From the NCBI GenBank assembly GCA_965203295.1, contig CBDBCZ010000010.1, forward strand, positions 128,001-192,000: 64,000 bases of DNA. The letters are read 5' to 3'. The notes under the pieces were generated by a model. The model was not told the origin of the DNA and ran no database searches. It saw only the letters and a list, made by a program, of their open reading frames with translations. The DNA comes from Nitrospirales bacterium (GTDB lineage Bacteria; Nitrospirota; Nitrospiria; Nitrospirales; UBA8639). Numbering within the stretch: position 1 is the stretch's first letter; each line of letters opens with the position of its first letter. Made by a program: the position numbers and the translations under genes. Below, piece by piece: positions 1-12,904 of the stretch.

Positions 1-272
1 GGCAACACTAATACAAAGAGCAACACCAATACAAAGACGGCAACACCAATACAAGTATGAGCAACACCAATACAAAGATGGGCAACACGAATATAGTGAT
101 GAAAAACACCAATACAGAGATGGCAACACCAGTACAGAGATGGGAAACACCAATACAAAAAATGGCAACGCCAATGCAGAAAAATGGGCGACACGAGTAC
201 AGAGATGGGCAACACCAATATAAACATGGGCAACACCAATACAAAGATGGGGACAATTGACAACACTCATAC
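1..272. repeat. Minisatellite, ~20-22-bp unit (GGCAACACCAATACAAAGATG-like), about 13 degenerate copies, runs off the window start
   Basis: GCAACACC(A/G)AT recurs about every 21 bp; ORFs 8..274 and 57..260 are just translations of the repeat. Confidence 0.9.
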
Positions 273-909
273 AAACAGGGACTGACAAAGACCTGCAGGC
301 AATGCTTTTTATGTGCAGAGAGAATGGAAACAGAGATGCATGCATGAGAACACCAATTAACTCATTAGTACATAAGACAATTTATGCAACACCAGTTGTG
401 AACACTAATGAACAGATCTAAGCAACCACAATTAATACTTGTAGTGTACTATGTGGGCAAATCAAACACTGGAAGTAAAAATATCAGTAATAATTCACTC
501 TCTTGATATATTTCCTTTTTCCACAGGGCAGAAATACAGCAAGACGTAATTATATACACAACAGGGGTATAATATTGCGACAGTCGTGATCATGCTCATA
601 ATAATTATAAATATTGAAAAGTTCAAGCACCTACGTGTACTGTACTAATAGCTAACTAAGCACACGTGTGGATCAGCGCAAATCCAGAGTACTGCTGCCT
701 TTACCGGTCATTCGACAACAGCTTGACCTCATCATATGTAAGTTCAAACAACTGTGTGAGTGGGACTTCTGGGCGAGGCTGTGAGGTCGTGTTGATGTTG
801 ATAACACATCCTTGCATGTTCTGGAACTGGAAGGAGTGTCCGGGTATAGGTCCTGCAGTCCAAGAAGGTGAAGCTTGAGCGGTCCAAGAATCAATGTATG
901 GCTGCCAAG

Positions 910-1620
910 AGCGGTAGGATTACCGAGACATTCCTCTACTGATGTTCCGATGTATTCTCATAGCGGTGGCGTGCATCTAGGCTTTTATGTCCAGTCGCTG
1001 CTGTCTCAGCTTCTCTTGTATGCCAGCCGAGAATAGCAGAGTTACCCCAGCAGCCCTCAAGCTATGGTTGGTTTTGTTGCCATGGACCCCAGCCTCAGCG
1101 CACATATCCTTCACCATGCTTTGAAGGGAATTCCAGCCAATTGGTTGAATACTGAACCACGCCTTACTGGGATCAACAGGTGTAGCAGCCAGAGGACGAA
1201 GATAGAAATTGTCCCTTTCAAAGGCAGTTAGTGGGATGTGTGCGTGTATTCTAGAGGAAGACATGGCACCGTTCAACTAAGGCCAGGCATACTGACGAAC
1301 AACCTTGTGTTCATGTCTCAGATGCTTCAACCCCCCTTTGTGGTTCTTAGAACCATTTTCCACATACTTCCAGTGGTCAACTCCTCTGACGAATTGGGAC
1401 AGCTTCAGGTCTCAATGTTCCTGTCCCCCTTGCAAGCTGAATATTTTCCCATTCAAGAAGCACAGAGCAAAGCCTTAGGGGAAGGTACTCCAAGCACACC
1501 AGTACTCCACAGCATATTTTCTGCCTTTGCTGTAATAATTTCGGCATGCTTGACATCAGCACCAACTCAATTCTTGTGCGGACACTGCAACTTTGTCACC
1601 AGTTCCACGGAAACTGTGTA
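910..1620 (-). pseudogene. Crypton-type (DUF3504-like) tyrosine recombinase relic
   Basis: Minus-strand frameshifted pieces: FFLNGKIFSLQGGQEH*DLKLSQF, YVENGSKNHKGG, FYLRPL...WFSIQPIGWNSLQSMVKDMCAEAGVHGNKTNHSLRAAGVTLLFSAGIQEKL, then GHKSLDA..RYE in another frame. These match the Crypton YR catalytic motifs. Confidence 0.8.
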
Positions 1621-3124
1621 AGCAATGGTCAGTCTGATCAAATTGTATTACTGTACTACTTCCTTTAATGATGCTGCAAGGAACGATCGGTCTACCTAAA
1701 TTCAGTGCAACCAGAATGCTAAGCAGCATGACTGACTCAATAGCTGTACAAACTCACTGGCTTTACAAATGGCTGGATCAATAAAAGCGTCAGCATGTGC
1801 TGTTGCGGTTTGCGAGCAGTACACATGCGTACATAACGTAATTAAATTTAATAATTATAGTCATAGTAATTGATCCAATAATAACATTCTTCTGCGAGAC
1901 TAAAGATGTGGGCGGTGGAATTTTTCCCTCGCATGACTATAAATTTAAGATAGGTATGGTAGTTTACCACAGAGGTTCTTGTACTGAGAGCTCAAGTAAT
2001 CAAGCATTTTTTCTGTAATGGAAATGGCTTCTCTTGTGATACACTCTCCCAAAATAATGTGCTACTGCACCCCAAGAGTGCAAGGTGAGTGTGATACACA
2101 GGTGTAAAATTTGTTCACCTTTCCAGTAACAACTTGTCGAAATGCTCCTTGGTGTCCTCATAATGGTGTTTGGAGGCTTCAGTGCTGAAAGACGTACACT
2201 GAAGACATCAACATGCCTTCCAATGTAATAAGATAACCTCAAGAAGGTGAACCATAGGGACAATTTTTTACCCATTCCCTCCAAATGCCTTTGACTACAC
2301 TATCAGGCTATGATGTGAATAGCTCTTAACTCCCCGACACCGCTAGAAAAAAGTTTTATTATGTAACTAAGTTAGCAATTAAAAATAAACCTTTGTGAAC
2401 TATGAGAAGGTAGGGAATCTTGCACAGTTGCTAGATGAATGACATGCATCAATCTATAATGCCACCAAAGACTACTAGATGTGGGTGTGTATGTAAGTAG
2501 GTTGAACAACAGCATGGACTATTATTCGTAGTCATTTGAAAACTAAAACAATACCCCTTGAGTTCTCAAAGCCCTAAGATCCAGAGTGTAAAACTCCTTA
2601 TGGCTTCTCATGTGTGAAGGTGGAGTTAAAACTTGATTCTTGGAGAGATTTGGAAACTTTGATTTTATATTGCGTATATGGAGTGTCCATGCCATCCCTA
2701 TATAGAGTGTCCACCGACTCTCTGATACTTCTTCCAATTGTTACTGCATTGTAGCATCCATGTTGTATATGCAATGGTATTTTGTATCCTCGAGCATAAT
2801 CATTTATAGCTGCATAAATGGTGGCAGCAATATCATGGTGCCAAACAAGGAAGGTTGATGAAATGGTTCAGCACAATGGTTGTTGTAGTAGTATACTTTA
2901 CTATATCATAATGGTCTTTATATAGCTTGTAGCACCCAAGGGAGGGGTGTATCTGCTTTTGTAAGGCTGAGACCCCAGGCCTAGTGCAAAGACTACAAAC
3001 CAGATACACCCCTCCCTTGTATACTATAAACCATTTGTAGTATCTTGAGATTGGGCGAGAATAGGTTAGCAACAGTGCGCTTAGGCCATCACTTATTAAT
3101 AACTTGTTTCCTGTCCTAAATACC

Positions 3125-4100
3125 CTTGTATTGCAGGAATTACAAATTGTACAATGAATGTACATCTTTTGATGCACCTCACTCATGTGAGGCTATACGG
3201 CCCCCTTTGGACACACTCTTGCTTCCTCTTTGAATCTCTGAATGGTCAGCTGATCCACCTACAGCATGGCACTCACCATGTTGCCTTGCAGGTAAATACT
3301 ATTACCTACTACATGAGTATTACATTTCTAATAATTACCAAAACATTTCACAACCATAATTATGTTACCTACAAGCTCAGTGGTGCCTTATAAAATCTGA
3401 ATCTGGAATGGTCAAAAGCACAGGTTAAGGCTCTAATTCATAAGCATCTAAATGGTCAGGAACATCAGTAAGTTCTTGTATTTGTTGAAGATACCATTCG
3501 GTAGATTGTTGATAATTGCACTTTGGTATGTATAGCAAACCCTGGCAGCCTACCGACACGAAGGATTGTTTTTGTGTTGGAAAGCAGGAAAAAGCAAAAA
3601 TTGAAGAATAAGATCTCCATTCAATCAACAGGTACCTTGCTATAACCAAAGATTCACCACTTCGTCTTGGTTTGTTAGTACACTACTTCTGCAGGGTCAG
3701 CCTCAGAGGAGAAATGTTTCATTCCAGGAGGTAAGCGTAGATGATCCTTCACCATTAGATGTCAGATATCTAGTTGCTACTGGTTGCATGCTTATAGATA
3801 CCAGAGGGCCAAAAAACAGCTACACTATTGTGATGCAGACACAGAATGTCTGAGGGGAAATCAAATTTTAATGTAATTGTACTAACAAATTCAGGAGTGG
3901 CCTACTTAACTATTGTAAAGCTTCATCCTGTCCCACTGAAGTGAGGAAACACTGCACTGAAATCCACTCTGAACAGTATTATTCTACCAGTAGCGAAGAG
4001 CAGTGTTCTTGTTGCTACTCCCATCAGTGAAATCAGTAAATATGTGCAAACACAGGGGTTGCAGGCTCACAATGTGTCGTTTCAAACTGTATTGTGAAGG
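3125..4100 (+). pseudogene. C-terminal fragment of an EnSpm/CACTA (CMC)-like transposase
   Basis: NVHLLMHLTHVRLYGPLWTHSCFLFESLNGQLIHLQHGT resembles the N.H...H....V...GPL...S.F.FE..NG motif of CMC transposases; GT donor at ~3292; downstream sequence is degenerate. Confidence 0.65.
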
Positions 4101-5936
4101 ATTAATGCACAATCAATATTTGAACAATCACGTATCATTCGTTATAAAAATTTAAATTGCTAGATGGATTACATTCCCAAAATTGTTAGATATATTGAAT
4201 ACCGCGCCGTCTGATCGCGGAAATACGGTACATGTATTATGCAAAATATTATATTATCTGTAAACACATGACTGTATAATATTATCTCATTCTTATTGGT
4301 AAGAAATAGTGTATGGTGGCAGATTCTTACATCATTATATTTTACTTTGTCATCAGAATTTAAATTTTCCTACGAGAATTTGTTTTTATCATAAGAATCT
4401 TATTAGAACTAGTGACTTTCTGTAAGGGTACGACCTCATTGAAAAACACATGCACCAGCACATACGAGGGTGTGGGCTTGTCAGTTTTTTGTTGGCTACA
4501 CTGAAAGATGATTGTGTGTATGCTGCATGACGCTATAGCAACACTGCATGTACATCAATTTTGACACAATATACCTCTTATTGGGGTACGTTGACTCAAT
4601 TTGCACGTCTCGACCGATTAATTTGTGATTGCAATATAGGTTAGAAGGTCCCCCTACAAATTTTCTTCACTTATTGTACCTATTGTCGACTGCAGTCTTG
4701 CGATTGTTTGATAATTTAATGGCAGGTAATAGCCAAGGGTATCATAGCCAAGGGTATCTGTGTTGTATCATGCTGTCATACCTGAAGGCAAGCGATGAAG
4801 TAGGGCCTCGAAAAAGTGACGTGACCCGCCAGATTATATATATACTAGGTATTCCCAAGCCCATTCTGGCTGTTTCCATACCAGATTCCCTGACCTACCT
4901 ATGCAAGAAGAAGTGTATGGAGCAGAGGTATGTATATTGATGACAGCACTAAACCTTGACTAAAACTTGTTCTTTTGACAAATTTATATCCCTTCCTTGA
5001 AGAACCTGTGAGCATACCATACTTTCAACTTTGCTTGCATTGTACTGATGGCATACTAAGTTTTAAGCAGTACTTTGTTGTCCTAAACAGATGATTGCAA
5101 GCTGATGTAGATCAGTTTGCCTGCACTTGCATGAGTCACAGGCTAAGTAGTTTGGCGCGTGAGACTAGACTAGAATTTAGTTATTTACAAGCCTCATGCT
5201 CGCCTGCTGAAAGGTCTGAGCATGAGACTTACATCAACGGATGTGGGATGTATGATTGCGGGGGCGGCCTAGGCTCACTAGGCAGGTGACGGCACATGAA
5301 TTGGAATCCGCTAAGCAATCAGACTGTTGCAATATCATAGCATTAGCACCTTCTTTCCTGTGTGATACAAATTGAAAGGTGTGGCTTTAGACTAAGAATT
5401 TGTGGAATGCACTTTGTTTAAGCAGAGTAAAATCGTGCTACCTACATACAGTTTGTGTAGGTCTGTACCTAGCATGGTTATAACCAATGTTGACACTTGT
5501 GTTCAAGTACTGAGGTGACAGCTACTTCAATAGTCCTTGTACGTACGTATATGCCGGTGTTGCTTCATGATGCAGTGTTTGCTGTCCTCGTCTTTCACTG
5601 CACCAAACCTGTTCTGGCTTCAAAAGTACTTTGGGTTGGTCATGTACTGATTCTAAAAGCTGGTGGGAAAATGGCTCCACTGAACTACCAAACAGAAGTG
5701 ACATCATCCAGGAAAATGCTGCCAAGGGGATTTCAAAAATGTAAGAATATCGGCCACTAACCCAAACAGCAGTCAATTGCATTATAGATGTGAGCCGATG
5801 GCATTTGAAGATTTTTTTGCACTTCAAGGAGTTCTTTCTTCCCGTAGTGTTGCTGTCAGTGCTATTCCTGAGCTTACAAGCATACTGCTCGGACAAGTCC
5901 ATCTGTATTTCCTTTCCAAGGTCTGGAGATAACATC

Positions 5937-6056
5937 TGTAGCATTCGTGAGAACTCAACATAGCAATAGAAACAAAGGCTACACAGACAAAGAACCCATG
6001 CACGTGATACATGCATACGTAATGTCATAACACAATGTGCAATGGCTACTACTACA
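5937..6056 (-). repeat. 3' LTR (120 bp, TGTAG...CTACA) with adjacent polypurine tract
   Basis: Inverted TGTAG/CTACA termini; PPT GAAAAGGGAGA (minus strand) at 6057-6067; similar to 9944-10040. Confidence 0.85.
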
Positions 6057-6797
6057 TCTCCCTTTTCGGTTGAGTTCTGTTCTCAGTTCGAATAAGTTCA
6101 AATCACATCCAACTAGGACACAACCTGTCGGGAGGCTTGGAAACTCGGCCACTTATAGTGGTGGCTACTCCGTTAGTAGCAGTGTTGGTTGCAGTCACAG
6201 CAGGCTCAGTGGGAAGTGACTCTTCAGGTTCTGCCTCGTGTAGTATCGACAAATTAGCATCGGATTCTGGTAACCGTACCAGGTGACGTCTGTTCCTTCG
6301 TAAAGTCCCACTTGGAATCGAAACATTGTACAATCTGGGAGCTGCTTGTTGCACAACCGTGCCATCAGTCGCATTGTCTGTCACCTACACAGACAAAGAA
6401 CCCATGCACGTGATACATGCATACGTAATGTCATAACACAATGCGCAATGGCTACTACTACATCTCCCTTTTCGGTTGAGGTCTGTTCTCAGTTCGGATA
6501 AGTTCAAATCACATCCAACTAGGACTCAACCTGTCTGGAGGCTTGGAACCTCGGCCACTTGTAGTGGTGGCTACTCCGTTAGTAGCAGTGTTGGTTGCAG
6601 TCACAGCAAGCTCAGTGGGAAGTGACTCTTCAGGTTCTGCCTCGTGCAGTATCGACAAATTAGCATCGGATTCTGGTAACCGTACCAGGTGACGTCTGTT
6701 CCTTCGTAAAGTCCCACTTGGAGTCGAAACATTGTACAACGTGGGAGCTGCTTGTTGCACAACCGTGCCATAAGTCTTATTGTCTGTCACCTACACA
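5979..6797. repeat. 406-bp tandem duplication (part of LTR, PPT and integrase tail)
   Basis: CTACACA at 5979, 6385 and 6791 (period 406); ORFs 6103..6384 and 6509..6790 are near-identical. Confidence 0.92.
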
Positions 6798-9700
6798 TGC
6801 TCTCCAAGTAGTAATGGCTTCAAATTTCAGGCTCTATGATGTGAATCGAAGCTCTTTTTCTGCTCTGCCCTCTGCTCCTTTCTCTTTCCTTTTCAGAGCA
6901 GCATAGTCTGGCACTACTGAGTGTAGTTGGCTAAAGGTCATTGGCACTGGTATGAAGTCTTCGGTTCATCTAACTTTCCGCTGGGCTGTATCCATTCTTG
7001 AGTGGAGTGGAGCGGTAGGCCAACATAGCCAAGTAGGGATCAGCAGACATCTCGAGAAAACGTTTGGTTGTCTTCACAGCACTTTAGGCCTCGCCGTTGC
7101 ATTGGGGGTACTTTGGGCTGCTTGTGGTATGCATAAAACCCATACTCCTCTGCAAACTTATGGAATAGGGACGATGGGAACTGGGGGCCACTGTCACTGT
7201 TGAAAAATACTTCTTCGGGAATTCCATGCCAGCCGAAAATGGACTTCATGTGGCGAATGATCTCACTTGAGGTTTCTGCCGAGAGCATTGCAACTGATAT
7301 GTACCTGGAAAAGTAGTCAATGACTGAGAAGTAGGTATGTCCTTTCCAATCGAACAAGTTTGCGGCTACCTTCTGCCAGGGTATGTCCGGAAATGTGGAA
7401 AGCATTAGAGGTTCAGCATACTGGAGCCGATGTTTACAGCACTCATGGCAGTTGCCCACAAATTTTTCCAGGTGTTTGTTGAGGCCTGGCCACCACACTG
7501 ATTGTCGGGCTCTCTCTCTACACTTGGTGATTCCCTGATGACCAGTGTGAAGTTTGTCCAGCATCTCGAGGTGCAATGATGATGGAATTACAATCCTGCT
7601 GCCTTTAAGTAGATCGTTTTGCACCGTCAGCTCTGCTGCCATGTGTGCATATGGCTTGACAGCACCCTTCATCAGACTTCTGGCCATCCCTCCTTACAAT
7701 ACCTTGTGATTGTATGGCAGACTCCATCGCCTTTCTGAGCTTTCTTGATTCCCTTCAGACACTTTGGAGTGGCAGGCAAATTCTGCATCACCAGGTCCAC
7801 AAACGCATCAACATCCTGCCTAAATGTGTCATCTTCTTGGGTGGACAAAGTGGCTGGCGCTTGTGACAGCGTGTCGGCTGTTGTAGGGCTCTTTCCGGGT
7901 ATGTGAGTGATGTATCGAAATCTCATCAGCCTCATTCAGAAGCGCTGGACTCAAATTGGGAGTTCGTCCAAATTCTTCGAGCCAAGCAATGGGATTAGGG
8001 GCTTGTGATCTGTCTCAATCTAAAATCGCATCCCCCGGAGATAATTGCTGAACCTTTCACAGACTCAAGTCACCGCCAGTGCCTCTTTTTCAGTCTGGGC
8101 GTATCTTTGTTCAGTGTTGGTAAGGGCACATGAAGTGTAAGCCACAGGTCTCCAAATGTCGTCTTGCTGCTTTTGTGCAAGGAATGCCTCCAGGCTATAC
8201 AAGGATGCATTAGCCAAAACAATTGTTTCTCGTGTTGGGTCGTAGTCAGCTAATATGGGGCTGGAGCTGAGCTCCTGCTTGAAATCTTGGAAAGCTTGCT
8301 GCTGGTGATCTTTTTACTCAGAAGGTCCTGGTGCGGCTTCGCATTTTCGGCAAGGTTTGGCGAGAACTTGCTGAGCTTATTGGCCATGCCCAGAAATTGC
8401 TGAATATCTGTGATGCTTGTTGGCTGTTTCATTTCCAGGACCACCTTTGCCTTCTCTCTGTTGGGAATAATGCCAGATCCGTCCACAATCTGCCCCAGGA
8501 ATCTCACACTGCTCTCGGATAACTGGCACTTGGCCTGGTTCAGTGTAACCCCAGCTTACTTGATTCTCTGTGAGGCACCTGTAATTCGCTGGTCATGCTC
8601 CTTGAGGGGAGTATGAGGCGTTCCCTGCAGACACTCTTGTTCATCCTCGTGAGGTCAACGCAGATGCGGACCTTTCCGTATGCCTTGGGTATAACCGCCA
8701 TCCAGTGGGTTAGTCGACTCTTGTGATCACACCCAGCTGTTCCATCCTCTCTAGCTCTTCCTACACCTTTGGCAGCAACGGAACGGCAACTCTTTTCGGA
8801 GTTGTGAGAGGCGAGCTGTTTGGCTGCTCCTTTCAGCATGATGTGGTGCTCTCCCTGGAGGTCTTGGTATCGTGCCACAATCTTCTTCTCTGTGTCTTCT
8901 ACAGCATTCGCCCTTGCGACCAAACCCAATGCTATAATGGCTGGGTGCCCCAGCAAAGCCATCTGTAGACCTTGTACAATGCAGATCTCTTCCTTCACCT
9001 CATTGGCTCGGTGCTTGAGTGTGGCTGTGAATTGCCCATGGACATATAGAGGGCGTTTGCTTGGACCTCTAAGGGACCGGAATGCTGGTTTTAATGTGAT
9101 CCCCTTAAGCTTGCTAAAGGCTGACTCTGGCATCACACCAATGTCTGTACTGGTGTCGATTTTGAATTGCACTAGGGCGCCACTCACAGCGAGAGTCGCC
9201 CTCCACAAGTTGTTTCCAGCTGTCCCGACATGGACTGGGCCAAGAAATGTATCGTCCTCCATCTGTACCGGTCCCACTGTCTTCGTGGACCTGCACACAG
9301 ACTGAAAATGCCATTTGTGGCAGGTTGCCTCGCGAGCTGGACACTGCTGACGTCCATGGGGTGGCGATTTCTCACAACAACTGCATCTCTTACAATTCTG
9401 TGGGGGTGCTGGCTTCTGGCCCTGGGGGTGAATCTTTGCGCTGTTTTGACCTCAAGCTCCCTTTGTATGCCTGTTGGTTGCGAATGGCATCGATGTTGGG
9501 GTGGTCTACTCCATCTTTGCCTCTCACTACTGCTTGTTGCTTCTTCACGGGTTCCTGTTGGCGGGCTGCAGATATCGCCTTGTCAAGGGTGAGGTCCGCC
9601 TCCATCTGAAGCTTCTTGAACAGGGCGGAGTCGCGCAGATCGACGACGATTCAATCGCGGATCAGTTCATCATGGAGGTTCCCAAACCCAGTGTTCTGCC

Positions 9701-9943
9701 AAGCAGTACATCGCTGTGTTAAATGTGTTGACGGATTCGCCATCTATAGGCTTGTCAGGAACCACTCGTCAGATCCACTTGGGCCACTTTTCCGGTTTGC
9801 CGAAGTTGAACCCCTCGGGCGGGGCTATTTGATATGACGCCATCGTCTTGTCGTGGTGGCTGTCGATCGTTTTTTCATTACGGAGGTTCTTCGCTCGTTT
9901 CTATCTTGGTTCACTTATGCTCAATCCCGCATAGCTGCGACCA

Positions 9944-10040
9944 TGTAGCATGCGTGAGAACTCAACACAGCAATAGAACAAACGGTTACAGACAAAGAAC
10001 CCATGCACATGATACATGCATACATAATGTCATAACAATG
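9944..10040 (-). repeat. 5' LTR, truncated at its outer end, with adjacent primer-binding site
   Basis: tgtagcatgcgtgagaactcaacacagcaatag...cataacaatg matches 5937-6038; minus-strand TGGTCGCAGC directly inside it is PBS-like. Confidence 0.8.
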
Positions 10041-10109
10041 ATGCAGTGCTTGCTGAAGTAGGCATCAATTTTATAGTAGTTATTACCGTGGCCGAGACGG
10101 CCACTCATC

Positions 10110-10293
10110 CCACGCTACATGTCCCACGCGACTTCGCTCTCGTCCCACGCGACTTGCTTTCGTCCCACGCGACTTGCTTTCGTCCCACGCGACTCGCTCT
10201 CGCCCCACGCGACTTGGTCTCGTTCCATTCGACTTGCTCTTTTTCCATGCGGCTTGCTCTTTTTCCATGCGACTTGCTATAGTCCCACGCGAC
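10110..10293 (+). repeat. Left subterminal tandem array (GTCCCACGCGACTTGCTCTC-like, 20-21 bp)
   Basis: CC(A)CGCGACT(T/C)GCT repeated about 9 times; reverse complement of 17517-17745. Confidence 0.9.
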
Positions 10294-10372
10294 ATAAAGC
10301 TGGTCGTTGGGGCGTGACTGTACAGATAATCTGCGGTAATAGGCGGAGTTTCAATTACGCACACGAGAGAAG

Positions 10373-12768
10373 ATGGCTCAAGCGGGTGTTGTACAGCAGC
10401 TCACGCCCGCCAGTGTCGATGGTAAGAAAAGTAACCTCGTTCCCAGGCCCTCCAAGCCATAAAATAAAAGCTATAGGCTGAGGCCTGCGAACGAAGCTTA
10501 CAATAGTAGCTAATCTTTGGCATGCTGAAGTAAGTTCAACACGGTTTATCCACCATCTAGCAGAAACTCTTCCTTTATGCAGAACTATTATTGAAATACT
10601 TTTATTCATGGCGGCCTTACAAGCTGATTCTTGCGAGGCTTGATGAGGTCCATGGGATAAAAAGAGGGTATGTGAGTATTTTTACTTGACCTCGCCTTAA
10701 AGCACAATGTCATATATATATATTCTATATTAAAATACATATTAATGTTAAGCGCTAAAGAAACACACATGTACATGTATACAAACTTTACAATTTTCAT
10801 TAATAAGTTAACGCTTACAGGTTGAGCTGGTTGAAGGAACAATTCAAACGACTGAAGGTTTCCCGGAGGAAGATGTATGCCCCAGATGCCATTGTAAAGA
10901 ATTGCATTCGGGTGAGCATGCAATGAATATCAGTTTCATAGAGTTAGGTGTATTATATTGTCATGTAGTTAGCCAAGAATTATCTTTTTAGAGAGAATTA
11001 CGAACATCAAATTGCCAAGTTGGGTATAGATACATGTGGAAGATATTGAGAGACAAGTACCTGGTTATAGCATGGCGGTAAGTGCTGGAATGCTCACACG
11101 TGAATGTCTTCATGCTTACAGTATATAAATATATGCAGTGATCGAGTCGTGGAGATATTGCGTGAACTGGACCCTAGTGGAGTTCAAAGAAGAAGTCACA
11201 GGCTCTGTCGTCGTATTTACTTGAGCCATGTGAGTCCATGCCTGTTTGCCTGCATTATTATGTTGGTTAATCTCGTTCACAATTACCTATACCTGCCACA
11301 TTTGCTTCTGCATTAGGGCCCCAATTACTGTTGGCATGTTGATCAGTATGACAAGCTGTCAGCATTTGGATTTTGCATTCATGGTTGCATTGATGGGTAA
11401 GTACATGTATTATATTGTAATTATTATACATGTATGCCGTAATGGATTGGCTGAGTAAAGTAGCAACTACAGACGAAGTCGAAGCTCTGAAGACAAGAAT
11501 CACCATAACATACTGCATGCACGCACTACGTATAAACAAAAAGAACATATTACCTATTAACACATCATGCATGACAAGATAACTAAAGGGATTATCAGTA
11601 TTATGCGTGCTCTTGCAATGGTTGGGTTTAATGTATCCATGTATGGGTTTTCAAGGAAAATGATGTGGTTGCGTGTAGCAACCACTAACAGTGACCCAAG
11701 AGTGATACTTCTCTACTATCTGGAGTGTGTTGAACATGTACGAGGTACGTAGAGACATGTATCTTTTAGTTGTCATATATGTAAGGTATGTAATGTTAAC
11801 GTTGCAGGCTATGAGCTGTTTAATTTTTGTATAGGATGTCCTGCTATTGTGAGGTTTGACCCAGGAACTGAGAATGGCCTGCTGGCTGCTGCTCAGATTG
11901 CCTTTCGATCGTGTGGTTCTGATACTCTAGCAGGCAATAAAAGTATACGATATGGACCTTCCCCTGCAAATGTGGTTAGTGCTACTAGTATTAAAGCATG
12001 TTGTGTATCCAAACAGTGTACTGTCCATTATATAGAGAATAGAGGGGTGGTGGTCTCAGCTTCGGAGAAGTAAGAGTGGATGGTGGATCCATTTATTCAA
12101 GGTTCCTTAGTATATTCATCTGACATATAAATTGTTGTCATGATATGAAGAATTTGCTCATAGGAACTGCTCCAGAATGGCGAGTATGACCCTACTGATG
12201 AAAAACACAAGTAATTTATTTACCATTAGTATCAATAGTACGTGTCTATATGTACATTTTTTTAATGCAGAAAGTGCCTGGCAATTGTATTCACACCACT
12301 CTTAGAGCAAGAACTATGCCATTTTATGGCACACTGGAATAGTCATGGAATCAGGGAAAATAGGCTTGCCAACTGTCCAGGTGGAATCCCTGAAGACCTC
12401 TACGATATGCCTGTTCACTATGGTAAGCTGTCAACAGTCCTTATTGTAGAATTTTGAGCAAATTGCTAGAGGTGCAGTTCCAGCCTCATGGCAGTGTATT
12501 GACATTTTAGTCGTACTTGCTACTGTATACGTATATTCGTACACTTTTCTCATCAGGTGCTGAAAATTCCCTAAAACCTGTCGATTCCCAGTTATGGATG
12601 AGATTCATGGTCAATGATACCTCTGAAGCTACCCCAGCATACGACCAAGCCTTCAACTTGCTCTGTCATCAGTTGGTTCTAAGAGGATATGGCCTAGATC
12701 TACATCGTGATGTTACTGTTTCAAATTGTAAAGCGATATATCAATATCTAGTTACAAATGTACCGTAG
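10373..12768 (+). CDS. IS3EU transposase (integrase-core DDE), multi-exon, probably damaged
   Basis: Exons read YKLILARLDEVHGIK, LSWLKEQFKRLKV, GYRYMWKILRDKY, VVEILRELDPSGV..RRIY, GPNYCWHVDQYDKLSAFGFCIHGCIDG, FSRKMMWLRVATTNSDPRVILLYYLECV, CPAIVRFDPGTENG, RIEGWWSQLR, HWNSHGIR..GIPEDLY. Mostly GT-AG introns; the acceptor before FSRK (~11646) lacks AG. Confidence 0.85.
10432..10500. repeat. Short hairpin MITE (CCTCGTTCCCAGGCC...GGCCTG(G)GAACGAGG type) in the first transposase intron
   Basis: taacctcgttcccaggcc ... ggcctgcgaacgaagctta imperfect inverted ends; a similar remnant lies at ~59795-59868. Confidence 0.6.
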
Positions 12769-12904
12769 ACGAGATACTATAGTATTATTAGAAATTAAAA
12801 CGAACGGAATTGTGTATTGTTATATTATTGCATTGATACTGAATGTGTACAGTCCAAGTGTACTATTATCGAATCACTTGTTGATGGTCTTGAGTAAGAA
12901 TTAG

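Larger units (their letters stand above)
5937..10040 (-). mobile_element. Decayed Ty3/Gypsy LTR retrotransposon (Mag/K02A2.6-like)
   Basis: Minus-strand domain order gag (~9230-9830), protease (VQFKIDTSTD), RT (VRICVDLTRMNKSVCRE; FLGQIVD), RNase H, integrase (LHTGHQGITKCRERARQSVWWP; IDYFSRY; SDSGPQF), C-terminal TPSGTLRRNRRHL. Many stops and frameshifts. Confidence 0.93.

Noticed and set aside
8..274. Hydrophobic, Cys-rich 88-aa ORF as a membrane protein
   Set aside because: Translation of the minisatellite.
10083..10481. Overlapping ORFs with SHATC/PRDL repeats (also 17257-17770 and 18250-18467)
   Set aside because: Translations of the 20-21-bp subterminal arrays.
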